A DNA stretch of 64,000 bases, taken from Bugula neritina. Lineage: Eukaryota > Animalia > Bryozoa. Shown here one piece after another: positions 47,877 to 58,331 of the stretch (its first letter is position 1; every line of letters begins with the position of its first letter). The stretch is from NCBI GenBank assembly GCA_964035545.1, contig OZ037767.1, positions 15,814,998 through 15,878,997 on the forward strand. The letters run 5' to 3'. The notes below the pieces were generated by a model that had not been told where the DNA came from, did not search any database, and saw only the letters and a program-made list of their open reading frames with translations. Both the position numbers and the translations under genes were made by a program.

Positions 47877-50434
47877 CTATAACAAACAGGTGTACCAAAG
47901 CTAAAAAAAATATCTAATTCAATGCACTAGGATATTATTCAACTCATTTAAATTTAATATATAGCAGTAAAACAATCACATAATTGTATTTATTTTATCA
48001 GCTTTACTTTACAAAGCTGAACCATATAATTTAGTAACTTGTCACCATAATAAACTTTGTACAACATACAAATTGAAAACCTGATGTGATTGCTTTTTTA
48101 ATAGAATATACATCAAAAACATGTTACTTTGATAAGCGTGTTTATAATAAAAGTATTAAACCAGTTAAAAAAAAATTATTTTGTTGTGTAATGGATCACA
48201 AAACTAAATCATTTTAAACCTGTAGCTCAATGTTCCTCAAGCAACGGGCTGCTATGACTAATTAATTTTCTATCATTGCATTTGACTGTTCTACTTATAG
48301 TGTATTGGCGAGTTAAAATTATTGGTAATTTAATGTATATTTTAGCTACCTCTGTACAATCAATGTCATAGTAATATCAATTAGGTTTTAAATTTCACTG
48401 AGTTTATAGTAAATTATTGCAATCGGTACATAACATTTGGCTAGTTGTCTAGTTCATTAAATAACCATACGAACTTAAATTTACAACATGAAAAAACACA
48501 CAAAGCAAAATTAAAATAATCATATTATGAACCAATGTAATTGATAAGCGATAATGCTGTTGTAAAACATAAATTATCAAATTGAAATAGTTATTATTAC
48601 TATTAGTATTACTATCATTATAACAACTATAATTATTATTAGTATTACTATTACTATTAGTATTAGCACTAGTAGTAAAAAATGAGTAGAGTTCAACATA
48701 TACAATCTAGCTCACAGTTACTATAAAAGTAGAAGTAGAACTTTTAAAACTATTAGTATTATCTCCATCATTATCAGAACTATGAGTAATACTAGTACAG
48801 TACTAGTAGTTGTACTAATAGTAATACTAGTTATCAATACTAATAGACAATAGTAATAGTATCACTATGAGTATGAGACTTGGGCTGGCAGTGATTATCA
48901 CTATCAGCATCATCATAGTGATAGTCAAAAGTTACAAGAATTAGAAGCCATATTCATATGGATATTCTCATTGAGTTATGCACAGTCATATTCATAGTAA
49001 TAGTCAATCACTGATTGAGTTAATGTCATAGTGATACTCATACTCATAATTAATTTGTACGATACTCATACTCATAGTGATAGTGATACGTCACCGTGAA
49101 TTTCAATTTAATAATAATTTTAATTTAATATTAAAGTGATATTAATTATTATCATTGAATCATTCATTGTATTTGTTGCTAATATTATGTCTTACTCTTA
49201 GTCTAACAGCAGCTCTATGAAGAAGTTAAACATAACTGATAACAAAACACATTTAAAAAATAATACTGTAACAATCAATATAATGCATATCAATATGAAT
49301 ATGCTAGCAACCTAATTTTCAGCCCACTTCATTAACTTTCTGTGCAGTATTGTGAATTGTGATAAAATGAATTTATTAATGGTGACCTTGACATCTTCGT
49401 CCAAATGCCTTTCACGTCAAGCCCCGAACCAATTTGTAAAAATTTTGGATTTTTTACTTTTGATTATTTTTTACGAAAAGAGCTTCAAAATAAATTTAAA
49501 AAAAAGTGAGCTGTTGTCCACATGAAAAGAAATATATGAGTTAATTTTCTAAATTCAGAAAGTTACCAGAGGATCACAATATTTTTTTTAAAAAATCTTC
49601 ATTTTCACGACAAGCTCTATATATTAATATAGAAAAATAGAAGACAACTCTACTTTCAGATTTTTCATGTGCCACGGTCACGTCAATCTCAGTGCTATTA
49701 ACACATATATTTTAATTCATTTTTTCTGGTATATTGAGTTGAGATTTTTTGTATATATTTTGTGAATGCAACTAAAAAAGTATGATCTTTTAATTAACAG
49801 TAATTGATTTTATCAAAATAACCTGGATGCCTACGATGTTTAAAGTTGGTAACTAAGGCTTTCAATTTTTTAAATGATGAAAAAATTGCGAAGTTATCAA
49901 TTAAAGAAAGAAGACAATTTTAGTCATTTCTATAGCGTGAGATCTTGCAAATTTATTTTTTATCAAATAAATGTAGCTTACGCCTCTCTCTTTGTATTTT
50001 CAGAAGCATCATATTTAAAATTCAAGGCTAGTTTTAGTTTTTCATCGTGTTCCATCCAAAGTTAGCTTTTAAGTTACTGAGCTGTTTTGCCCTTCGGTAA
50101 TAATTGCTGAACTTAATCTTTATCTTTAGCGTTCAAGCTTGAAAACCACAACAATACAGGTAATTATACTCAAAACAATCATTTACGCTACTAACTTAGA
50201 ATTTTGCCAGGATTATTTGTAATTATCAATTTAATAATATTTATACTATCACTATGAGTATGATAGTGACTATGACTAGGAGTAGGAGTATGTCTTAGTC
50301 TATTCTATTGACTGATGACTATTCTATACTACTACTACTAGTAACTATTTAAATGACTCTCACTATGACTCCCAGTTTGAGGTACGGTTACTCATAATGA
50401 TAATCATAGTGAATATTATTCATGATCTACTCAT

Positions 50435-50521
50435 TAGGCACTTTTAGGCACTTTTTAGCACATTTAGGCACTTTTAGCACATTTAGGCACTTTTTAGCAC
50501 ATTTAGGCACTTTTAGCACAT
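50435..50521. repeat. Minisatellite, 19-20-bp unit (ggcacttttagcacattta)
   Basis: ~4 tandem copies. Confidence 0.9.
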
Positions 50522-50889
50522 GACTACTGATACTGGTATTTGGTAGTAAAACCAAATGTAGCTCATTAATGATTAATATTAATACTAATAGTAATAGTAA
50601 TAGTATAACTATAAGTATAAGTAATACTAATTATTAATTATAAATTCACTATTACTATTAGTATTGCTGTATTACTATTACTAATACTAATAGTATTTGA
50701 GTCTGACTCTGAGTTTCGCCTTTGCTCTTAAAACTTGATACTCATACTGATAGTATTATATTTATTGATTCATTCTATAGTTAATATTTCAATTTACATT
50801 AGACTTACTCTTAGTCTTGGTAACTTTTAGCCTCTGTCTTAGATTTTTTCAACACAGTAACTGATTACTATTACTATTAGTATTAATAT

Positions 50890-51194
50890 TGTTATAATTT
50901 TCAGATTTAGGGTTGATGTGCCACCAAGAGAGTCTATTTAACACTAGAGAAACTTCACCAGTTAAGTCGAGTAGATATCGTTATATTTAATACAAGAATA
51001 CATAATAAAAATCCAATGTACAACAGTAATGATACGCACGTCTATTTAATTTACAGCACTATCCTCAACTGAACTAGTAGCGCGAAGCGGCTACTATTAC
51101 TTATAAAACAGCTTAGCTAATTGGCTAATACATTGTTCCGGGTCAATACGCAACCTTGCGTATTGTGTTGCTGGTAGCTCCACGAGCCACCACA
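50890..51194 (-). repeat. E3 3' LTR
   Basis: Direct repeat of 58027-58331. Confidence 0.97.
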
Positions 51195-51460
51195 CTGCCC
51201 CCTCCAGCAGAAAGCCCACTTTCTGATAAAATAAGATTCACATAAAAACGTATACTTCGTTGGGGAATAAGAGAACAGCGTAAAAGTATATATAAAAAAA
51301 AACAACAACTGGTAAAAAAAATATACAGGTATATATATCGTGCACTAAGTATAAGCAAGAGAAGGTCCTATCTACATATAGAGTACGTGCCACCATTACG
51401 ATAGGGAATGCCACAGAGAGGTAGGGGAATGAGTAGTAGGAAGTGGTAGGTAGACTCGAG

Positions 51461-52534
51461 TTAACTGCGTGCCGCACGCTTCATGCGTTTAATAGACTCC
51501 TGTAAGTATTTGAGTTCACTGGAGGCTGCCTGTATTCGTGGGGCCAGCCTGTAGACTTCCTGCTCCAAGTCATGCGCCCTAGCTTCTACCTCACGTAGGT
51601 TACGGGCCCAGGGGGACGAGCGAGAGGAAGTTGGTTGCCTGTGTCGTTTCCGCTCTGAGGATGGAATAGGAGGAGGGAGTGTATACGCATTTGTGTCTAC
51701 TCTCTGTAGTACGACACGAGGAAAGGTATGCGGCATGCGTATAGGACTGTGAGGTGGAGAGTTAGCAGACCGTGTAGGTTTATCTGTGGCTCCAGAGATG
51801 ATAGGTCGCGGGGAAGGGAAGCCTTGCTCCAGGCGAGATAGCCGAGCTGAGTCAGTGATGAGTGGTTTGATGGCATTGAGGAAGGCAGGATATGATGATT
51901 CGTCTACTTCATAGACATGTCCTTGATAGCACTGCATAGTCCGTTGGTGCCGCAGCAGGTAATCACGGTTATAGCTATATTCGCCGCAAGGGCAGAAAGT
52001 GGTGATGTAATGCTGCGGCAAGTGCACCTTTAGTCTGCGGTGGGTTGTGAATCGCTGCTGGCAGAGGTTGCATTCACGATTACTCTCACCTCCTTGATGG
52101 GTCCTGATTTCCCTCTCTGTGGCAGGGGTAATCCAGTTGGAGGTTGCTTCCAACTGGGGTGGTAATTGCCTGGTGGTAGGAGTTGTTGGGGCCGGCTCTG
52201 GGTCCCATGCCATCTCTAGAGAAGGCATGCCCGTAGAGACGGGCGCGAGTGTGTCTACAAAAGTAGAATTATTGTTAGATCGCGGTGGATCTTTACAACA
52301 TAATTCTAGTGACTGTCGACCGTTGCTAGCCTGAGAGTCACAGCTTTTGGAATGCACTCGAGGAACTGATGAATCATGTGTGGACTGACCAAGAACAGTG
52401 TCTAGCTCCAGGTCTAACAGACCGTCGGCCATTACAGTGTCTTCATCGTCATTCACATGAAACGTGGTTCCCAGTAATTCTGATTCAATCTGCTGAATTA
52501 GTTCAGAATTTACTGGCATTGAGCCCGTTTCCAT
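51461..52534 (-). CDS. E3 ORF3: zinc-finger / coiled-coil accessory protein (357 aa)
   Basis: Intact; 6 aa differences from E1 ORF3. Confidence 0.85.
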   Translation of the reverse strand: METGSMPVNSELIQQIESELLGTTFHVNDDEDTVMADGLLDLELDTVLGQSTHDSSVPRVHSKSCDSQASNGRQSLELCCKDPPRSNNNSTFVDTLAPVSTGMPSLEMAWDPEPAPTTPTTRQLPPQLEATSNWITPATEREIRTHQGGESNRECNLCQQRFTTHRRLKVHLPQHYITTFCPCGEYSYNRDYLLRHQRTMQCYQGHVYEVDESSYPAFLNAIKPLITDSARLSRLEQGFPSPRPIISGATDKPTRSANSPPHSPIRMPHTFPRVVLQRVDTNAYTLPPPIPSSERKRHRQPTSSRSSPWARNLREVEARAHDLEQEVYRLAPRIQAASSELKYLQESIKRMKRAARS

Positions 52535-52551
52535 GAATAGGAATACAAGAC

Positions 52552-55500
52552 TTATACTGGCTTACCTGGGAACTCGGTATTAATGTCCATACTCAACGTT
52601 CTTGGTAAGGTTGGAGCTGGTTGTGAGATACGTCTGCCTTTGGCGATGTCAGCATAAGAAAAGGCTGAGCATCGTTTCTGAGGCACGAGGTCGGAACTAT
52701 TTGCTTTACGCGCATTAATTCCTCCCACTATTCCGCCCTCGCAAAAGTTGATATTTGCGTGGGGTTCACAACTCCAACATTTCATCGTACGGTTTTCCCC
52801 TAGACTTTCATGTGCGCCGCTTCTAATGCAGTCACATATGAAGTCTTTCAAATATGGTGGGGGCTTCCTCGTACGCTGTCCCCTTTCTAGGGGGGGTGAC
52901 ACGCTTGCCGGCTCGTGAGTAGGGGCCTCTAACGGCGTCTCTACTTCACCGTTAGTGGTCACCTCTTCTTGTTCTCCGGATGGAGCCCCTCCCTCCGTGG
53001 GGGTTTGCACTTCCGGAACCGGCTCGGTTTCTGGAAGTGATGGAATTTGACTTGGCGGTGGCGGACACGCTTCTGTTGACAAAAGCTGCCGTTCCTCTCT
53101 CACCCAGTTTTCCTCCCGCGGTATGACCACTTCGTATTCAGGTCCATGCCGCCGTCGCCCGCGCGTCGTTGTCTGCCTCCTGGGCTCTAACAACGGGGGG
53201 GCTTCTCCCACTCCGTCAGGGCTAGCCCAATACGGTTTCAAGCGAGACTCATTCTGGATAGACACCTGTCCTGAGCGCTCAATCTTGTACGTATGATTGG
53301 GCATAGCCTCGACGACCACGTAGGGGCCTACGAACTTAGGCTTCAGCTTATCAGCCTGTCCGCGGCGCCTACGGTAATTGACCATCCACACCTTATCTCC
53401 CCTTTGATAGAGAGGGGGTTCATCGGAATCTTCGTGCCGCACCTTCCACTGCTGTTGACGCAGTATATCGTGTGCGGCCTTCATCCGTTCCACTAGTTCA
53501 CTGGCATACTCGTGAACCGAGTTATCTTGCTCTGGAACGTGATAGGTGAGATGGTCGGGGACACGAGTCTCTCTCCCGAGCATCAAGAGGTTTGGGGTCT
53601 CACCAGTGCTGGTGTGTGGGGTGCTACGATATGCACGCATGACTTGCGGCAACGCCGTATCCCATTCCTCTTGACCTCGTCCAAGGAGGAGACTCCGGAG
53701 CGCATCACCTAGCATCCGGTTGTTGCGCTCCACCACCCCGTTACCTTGAGGGTGGTAGGGGGTGGTCCTGCTCTGATTTACTCCCCAGAGGTGGCAAAGG
53801 TCGCTCATCAGTTGAGACTGGAATTGAGCGCCTTGATCAGAGTGTATCTGTTCGGGAAGCCCAAAATAACAGAATACATGTTGGTCTAGTGCCCTGGCCA
53901 CTGTTGGGGCTGATGCATCTGGGATAGCCAGAGCATCCGCCCACCTAGTAAAGTGGTCGGTTAGTACTAGGATCCAATTATTGCCTCTGGGGGTCAGGGG
54001 CATGGGTCCGACCAGGTCTACAGCGACTACTTGCCAGGGCCTACCAGCATATAGCCTCCGCCGTCCTGCTTCACCAGGGGGGCGGCTATGCTTACTGGCC
54101 TGGCAGATCTCACACTGTTTGACTCTGAGCCGGACGTCACGCTCCATCTGCGGCCAATACCACCGGAGTCGTAATTTGGATATCACTCGCTTGACCCCTG
54201 CGTGGGCCTGCTTGTGAGTATCCCAAATCAACTCACGGCGGATGGCTGTGGGGCAGACTACCCTCTTCCTTTCCGGGTGTCTGCCGCTGGCAGCTAGAGA
54301 GATGGTTAGCAACCCATCCTGCCCGATCCGCAGCGAGTCCCAACGCTGACAGTATAGCCGGAACTCGGCGCATCCCTGTCGTATGCGTTCCTCGCTGGGT
54401 CGTCGCCCTTCCCTTTTGGCCCGGTAGATGTCTGCCACGACTCCAGGCAGCTCCTCTTGGAGCTTCTTCAGCTCTCGAACATTACCGGCCAGTACAGGGT
54501 TGGCGCGGAGGTTTTGTACATCCTCCGGGGACTCATCAACTCTTTGCCTGAGTTGACCTTGATCCCAGTCAAACGGTGCTCCGTGATGAGCCAGCGTCTC
54601 CAACTCGCATCGCGGGGGACCTCCATCCCTCCTCTCGATGTTGAGACACTGTTTGCAACCTCCGTCAGGTCGGCGACTCAACCCATCCGCATTGCTGTGT
54701 CTCTTGCCCGGTCGGTGTTCGATCCGGTACGAGAATTCAGCTAGGATTTCGAGCCACCGGGCGACCTGACTGGAGGGCTCTGCTCTCCTGCACAACCAGA
54801 TCAGCGAGGCATGATCCGTACGCAGCCGGAACTTCCTGCCATATAGGTATGGTCTGAAGTGCTTCACTGACTTGATTACTGCCAGCAGCTCCTTGCGGGT
54901 AGTGCAGTAATTTCGTTCAGCGGGAGAGAGAGACTTGCTGTAGTAGGCTACTACTACTTCTCGGCCTTCCTGCACTTGGGACAGCACAGCGCCAACATTC
55001 TGGTCACTGGCGTCCGTGTCTAGGATGTACTCCAGAGTGGGGTCTGGGTAGGCCAAGATGGGCGCCGTTAGGAGGCAGCCCTTGAGGCGGTCGAACGCTT
55101 CTTGTTCGACTGGAGTCCACTGCCACGTCACTCCCTTTGCGGTAAGCCGGTTTAACGGCTGGGCTATGCCCGCAAAGTCTGGTATGTATTGCCTGTAATA
55201 CCCTACCAGCCCCAAGAAAGCCCGGAGTCCGGTCAAGTCTTGGGGGGTGACCCAGTCTTCTACTGCCCGTACCTTTTCGGGATCCGTTGCCACGCCGTTT
55301 CGACCGACAACGTGCCCCAGGTACTTGACCTCCGGCTGCAACAGAGCGCACTTGGAAGGTTTGAGCTTAAGACCGGCACCTCGGAGTCTCTCGAAAACCT
55401 CCTGCAGACGACTGACATGTGTCTCGAAGTCTGGAGAGATTACGATGACATCATCGAGGTAGACCAGCAGTGTCTTCCAATGGAGTCCGCTAAGGACTTG

Positions 55501-56826
55501 TTCCATCAGCCTCTGGAAGGTAGCTGGGGCGGAGGTTAACCCGAAAGGCAGCACCTTCCACTTCCACAACCCGTCCCGTGTGATAAACGCCGCTTTCTCT
55601 TGGGCGTCGGGACTCAGAGGAACCTGCCAATAGCCGCTTAGCAAGTCTAACGTACTGAAGTACTTGCTGCCGGCTAGGGCGTCCAATGACTCGTCAATAC
55701 GAGGTAGAGGGTAGGCGTCCTGTATGGTTACGCTATTGAGTTTGCGGTAGTCCACACAGAACCGCCAACTGCCGTCTTTCTTCCGGACCAGTACGACTGG
55801 CGAGCTCCACGCACTATGGGCGGGCTCTATCAGTCCCCGGTCCAGAAGATCCCGTACTTGTCGGCTAACCTCCTTCTCTTTCTCCGGCCCCAGCCTGCGC
55901 GTGGGCTGCCGGACAGGGACTGTCCCTGCAGTCAGCGGTATTTCGTGTCTGACAATTCCAGTCAGTCCCACGTCATTCTCTCCGCTGCTGAACACATCAC
56001 CGTAGTCGCGTAGTAACTTGGCCATAGCTTGGCGTTCTCTGTTACTCGCGCAGCCGCCACTGGCTGTTTCGTATAACTCCCGGAGATGTGTTGGGACTGC
56101 CCCTCGTCCCTGAATAGGGTGTCGAGGGGGTGCCTCCGTCGCGTCACCCAGCGACGGGCCCACGCCCTCTTCCCGGACGGAATGGAACCGGCCCAGCATT
56201 GACCCAGCTGGGAGCTCAATGGGCTCGGTAAAGGGGTTGACGCACTGCACTAAGACCTCCCCTCGCTCAGTTAGTCGGTTTAAACTACTGGCGAGTTGGA
56301 TCTTTTCGTGCGCGCTTTCAACGACCCCGAGCCTGGCTATCCGGTTGCTGTTCACTCGGCAGTGGATAGTAGCTCTGGAGCGTCCGGGTACGGTGCAGTT
56401 ACGAACTACCTGAACACCGCCCACCAGGGGACGCCCAAACTTATCCACACAGGCGAGTTCTCGCCCGCCCATCAGCACCACCGACTTACTGAAATCTATT
56501 CGGCACTGGTGCTGCTTCAAGAAGGGCATTCCGAGGATAGCATCTTCTTCCAGTTGACCTATGATAAAGGTCTCCTGTACAGCCTGATCTCGGACACGCC
56601 CAGGGAGCTCGATAATACCATAAAAGGGGATACATGACCCGTCTGCCAGGGTGCCATGTTCTCCAGTATACGGTCGTACTCTATCCCTGTCCCGGCGGGG
56701 CAGTGCCTCAAAGACTCTACGACTGAGAAGGTTGGTAGTACACCCGGAGTCGAGCAGGAAAGTGACGGCATTGCCGGCCACCTTTCCGGGTAGGAAATAG
56801 CTCTCTCCATGTGGTTGTACTTTCAC
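52552..56826 (-). CDS. pol: E3 pol polyprotein (PR-RT-RNaseH-IN + long tail)
   Basis: Uninterrupted 1424 codons with LDSG, YLDD, DASD, HHCC, DDE, GPY/F; upstream transframe part (56836-57173) is offset at a G10 run. Confidence 0.95.
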   Translation of the reverse strand: MKVQPHGESYFLPGKVAGNAVTFLLDSGCTTNLLSRRVFEALPRRDRDRVRPYTGEHGTLADGSCIPFYGIIELPGRVRDQAVQETFIIGQLEEDAILGMPFLKQHQCRIDFSKSVVLMGGRELACVDKFGRPLVGGVQVVRNCTVPGRSRATIHCRVNSNRIARLGVVESAHEKIQLASSLNRLTERGEVLVQCVNPFTEPIELPAGSMLGRFHSVREEGVGPSLGDATEAPPRHPIQGRGAVPTHLRELYETASGGCASNRERQAMAKLLRDYGDVFSSGENDVGLTGIVRHEIPLTAGTVPVRQPTRRLGPEKEKEVSRQVRDLLDRGLIEPAHSAWSSPVVLVRKKDGSWRFCVDYRKLNSVTIQDAYPLPRIDESLDALAGSKYFSTLDLLSGYWQVPLSPDAQEKAAFITRDGLWKWKVLPFGLTSAPATFQRLMEQVLSGLHWKTLLVYLDDVIVISPDFETHVSRLQEVFERLRGAGLKLKPSKCALLQPEVKYLGHVVGRNGVATDPEKVRAVEDWVTPQDLTGLRAFLGLVGYYRQYIPDFAGIAQPLNRLTAKGVTWQWTPVEQEAFDRLKGCLLTAPILAYPDPTLEYILDTDASDQNVGAVLSQVQEGREVVVAYYSKSLSPAERNYCTTRKELLAVIKSVKHFRPYLYGRKFRLRTDHASLIWLCRRAEPSSQVARWLEILAEFSYRIEHRPGKRHSNADGLSRRPDGGCKQCLNIERRDGGPPRCELETLAHHGAPFDWDQGQLRQRVDESPEDVQNLRANPVLAGNVRELKKLQEELPGVVADIYRAKREGRRPSEERIRQGCAEFRLYCQRWDSLRIGQDGLLTISLAASGRHPERKRVVCPTAIRRELIWDTHKQAHAGVKRVISKLRLRWYWPQMERDVRLRVKQCEICQASKHSRPPGEAGRRRLYAGRPWQVVAVDLVGPMPLTPRGNNWILVLTDHFTRWADALAIPDASAPTVARALDQHVFCYFGLPEQIHSDQGAQFQSQLMSDLCHLWGVNQSRTTPYHPQGNGVVERNNRMLGDALRSLLLGRGQEEWDTALPQVMRAYRSTPHTSTGETPNLLMLGRETRVPDHLTYHVPEQDNSVHEYASELVERMKAAHDILRQQQWKVRHEDSDEPPLYQRGDKVWMVNYRRRRGQADKLKPKFVGPYVVVEAMPNHTYKIERSGQVSIQNESRLKPYWASPDGVGEAPPLLEPRRQTTTRGRRRHGPEYEVVIPREENWVREERQLLSTEACPPPPSQIPSLPETEPVPEVQTPTEGGAPSGEQEEVTTNGEVETPLEAPTHEPASVSPPLERGQRTRKPPPYLKDFICDCIRSGAHESLGENRTMKCWSCEPHANINFCEGGIVGGINARKANSSDLVPQKRCSAFSYADIAKGRRISQPAPTLPRTLSMDINTEFPGKPV

Positions 56827-57127
56827 CCCCCCCCCGCATGTGCTGTCCTGGTTTGACAGGACGGCGGGGGTTTCACCCGTGGTTTACGGGGCTTCCGGCG
56901 GCGAGGTTGGTGCCGGCGGGGTTTGGGCCTCTCCACTGGGCCTTCTGGCTCCATTTCAGTGGCGGGCTCCTCTTCCCGAGGTAACCGGTGAAACCGGTTA
57001 GCGAGTGGCAGGGAGAAGGTACTGGGCCGTTGTGCGGGCCTACTAGTCCTGCGTGGTACCTGCCACTCGGGTGGAATGTTCCGCCGTGTCCGTACGGACA
57101 GACGACGGCGTGTTCCACCATACTCCT

Positions 57128-57993
57128 TTAGTTGCGGCCCGCGGGGAGGGAGTGTGTCCGCGGGCCGTGACAGTTTAACGCCCCCTGGTATTGGGGTCGT
57201 CCTTTCTGTCCTTGGTCCTGATCAGCGCTACTCCAGCCCTGCCCCACAGATGTTGGGGGCATCCGCAAGGCCTGACCGGGGCCAGCACCGGCCAGAATGG
57301 TTACCAATTGTCCCAGCATCTCTACCATGCGGTCCACTTCGGCTTCCAGCGGGGGGGCTTCGGAGCCTGTCGTAGCCCTGGCAGCGCTGACTCCAACTAC
57401 TGGGGGGTTCCTTTGTGCTCGATGCATTTGAGTAGCCAACAGGTAAGCTTCTCCAGCCTTCAGGGCATCCTCTATTCTGGTTATCCCTTTAGCTCGTAGG
57501 TGATGGTCTAGGCCCAGGTCGTTTAGGGACTGGACAAAAGCGTCATAGGTGTAACGCTCTTGGTGTTGTGCTGGCAGATCGCTATACGCAATCTGCGCCA
57601 GCTTCTTCACCGTCGCGGCATGTTCTTGCAGCGAGGTCCGCGGGGTGCGGCACAATCTCTCCAGCTTGGTCCTAGCGTCTATGACGGAGGTGCCAAAACG
57701 GGCCCGCAGCGCAGCCAGTATGCCGTCTACGTCCGTTCCCACTCCGTACGGCTTGGCTTGCTCCGTCACCGCCCTCCGCAATTGGATAAGGGCCACTCTA
57801 TGCGGCCATTGAGCAACTTCCATTACTTCTCTAAATTCTTGTATAAATTGTTCGACATCTTCCGAGCCAGTAAAGGCGGAGCTTTCAAGTAATGTCTATA
57901 AGCTTCTTCTCCTTCACGATTCACAGGATTAACAGCATTTCTACGCTCACCTTCTACTGGGGGTGGTTGCATTCTAGCATTTTCAGTCTCCAT
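57128..57993 (-). pseudogene. gag: E3 gag, 1-nt deletion near 57867
   Basis: aaaggcggagct vs E1 aaaggtgggagct; remainder is ORF 57128-57823; slippery site at 57173-57179. Confidence 0.9.
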
Positions 57994-58026
57994 CTTTGAT
58001 ATACACTATCCCACTGCTGCCACCAC

Positions 58027-58331
58027 TGTTATAATTTTTAGATTTAGGGTTGATGTGCCACCAAGAGAGTCTATTTAACACTAGAGAAACTTCACCAGTT
58101 AAGTCGAGTAGATATCGTTATATTTAATACAAGAATACATAATAAAAATCCAATGTACAACAGTAATGATACGCACGTCTATTTAATTTACAGCACTATC
58201 CTCAACTGAACTAGTAGCGCGAAGCGGCTACTATTACTTATAAAACAGCTTAGCTAATTGGCTAATACATTGTTCCGGGTCAATACGCAACCTTGCGTAT
58301 TGTGTTGCTGGTAGCTCCACGAGCCACCACA
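58027..58331 (-). repeat. E3 5' LTR
   Basis: 305 bp, PBS adjacent. Confidence 0.97.

Larger units (their letters stand above)
50890..58331 (-). mobile_element. Full-length Ty3/Gypsy LTR retrotransposon E3 (family 1), in gene B intron 2
   Basis: 305-bp LTRs 50890-51194 and 58027-58331 (1 mismatch seen), ATAT TSD, PBS 58008-58025, PPT 51195-51205. Confidence 0.97.
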
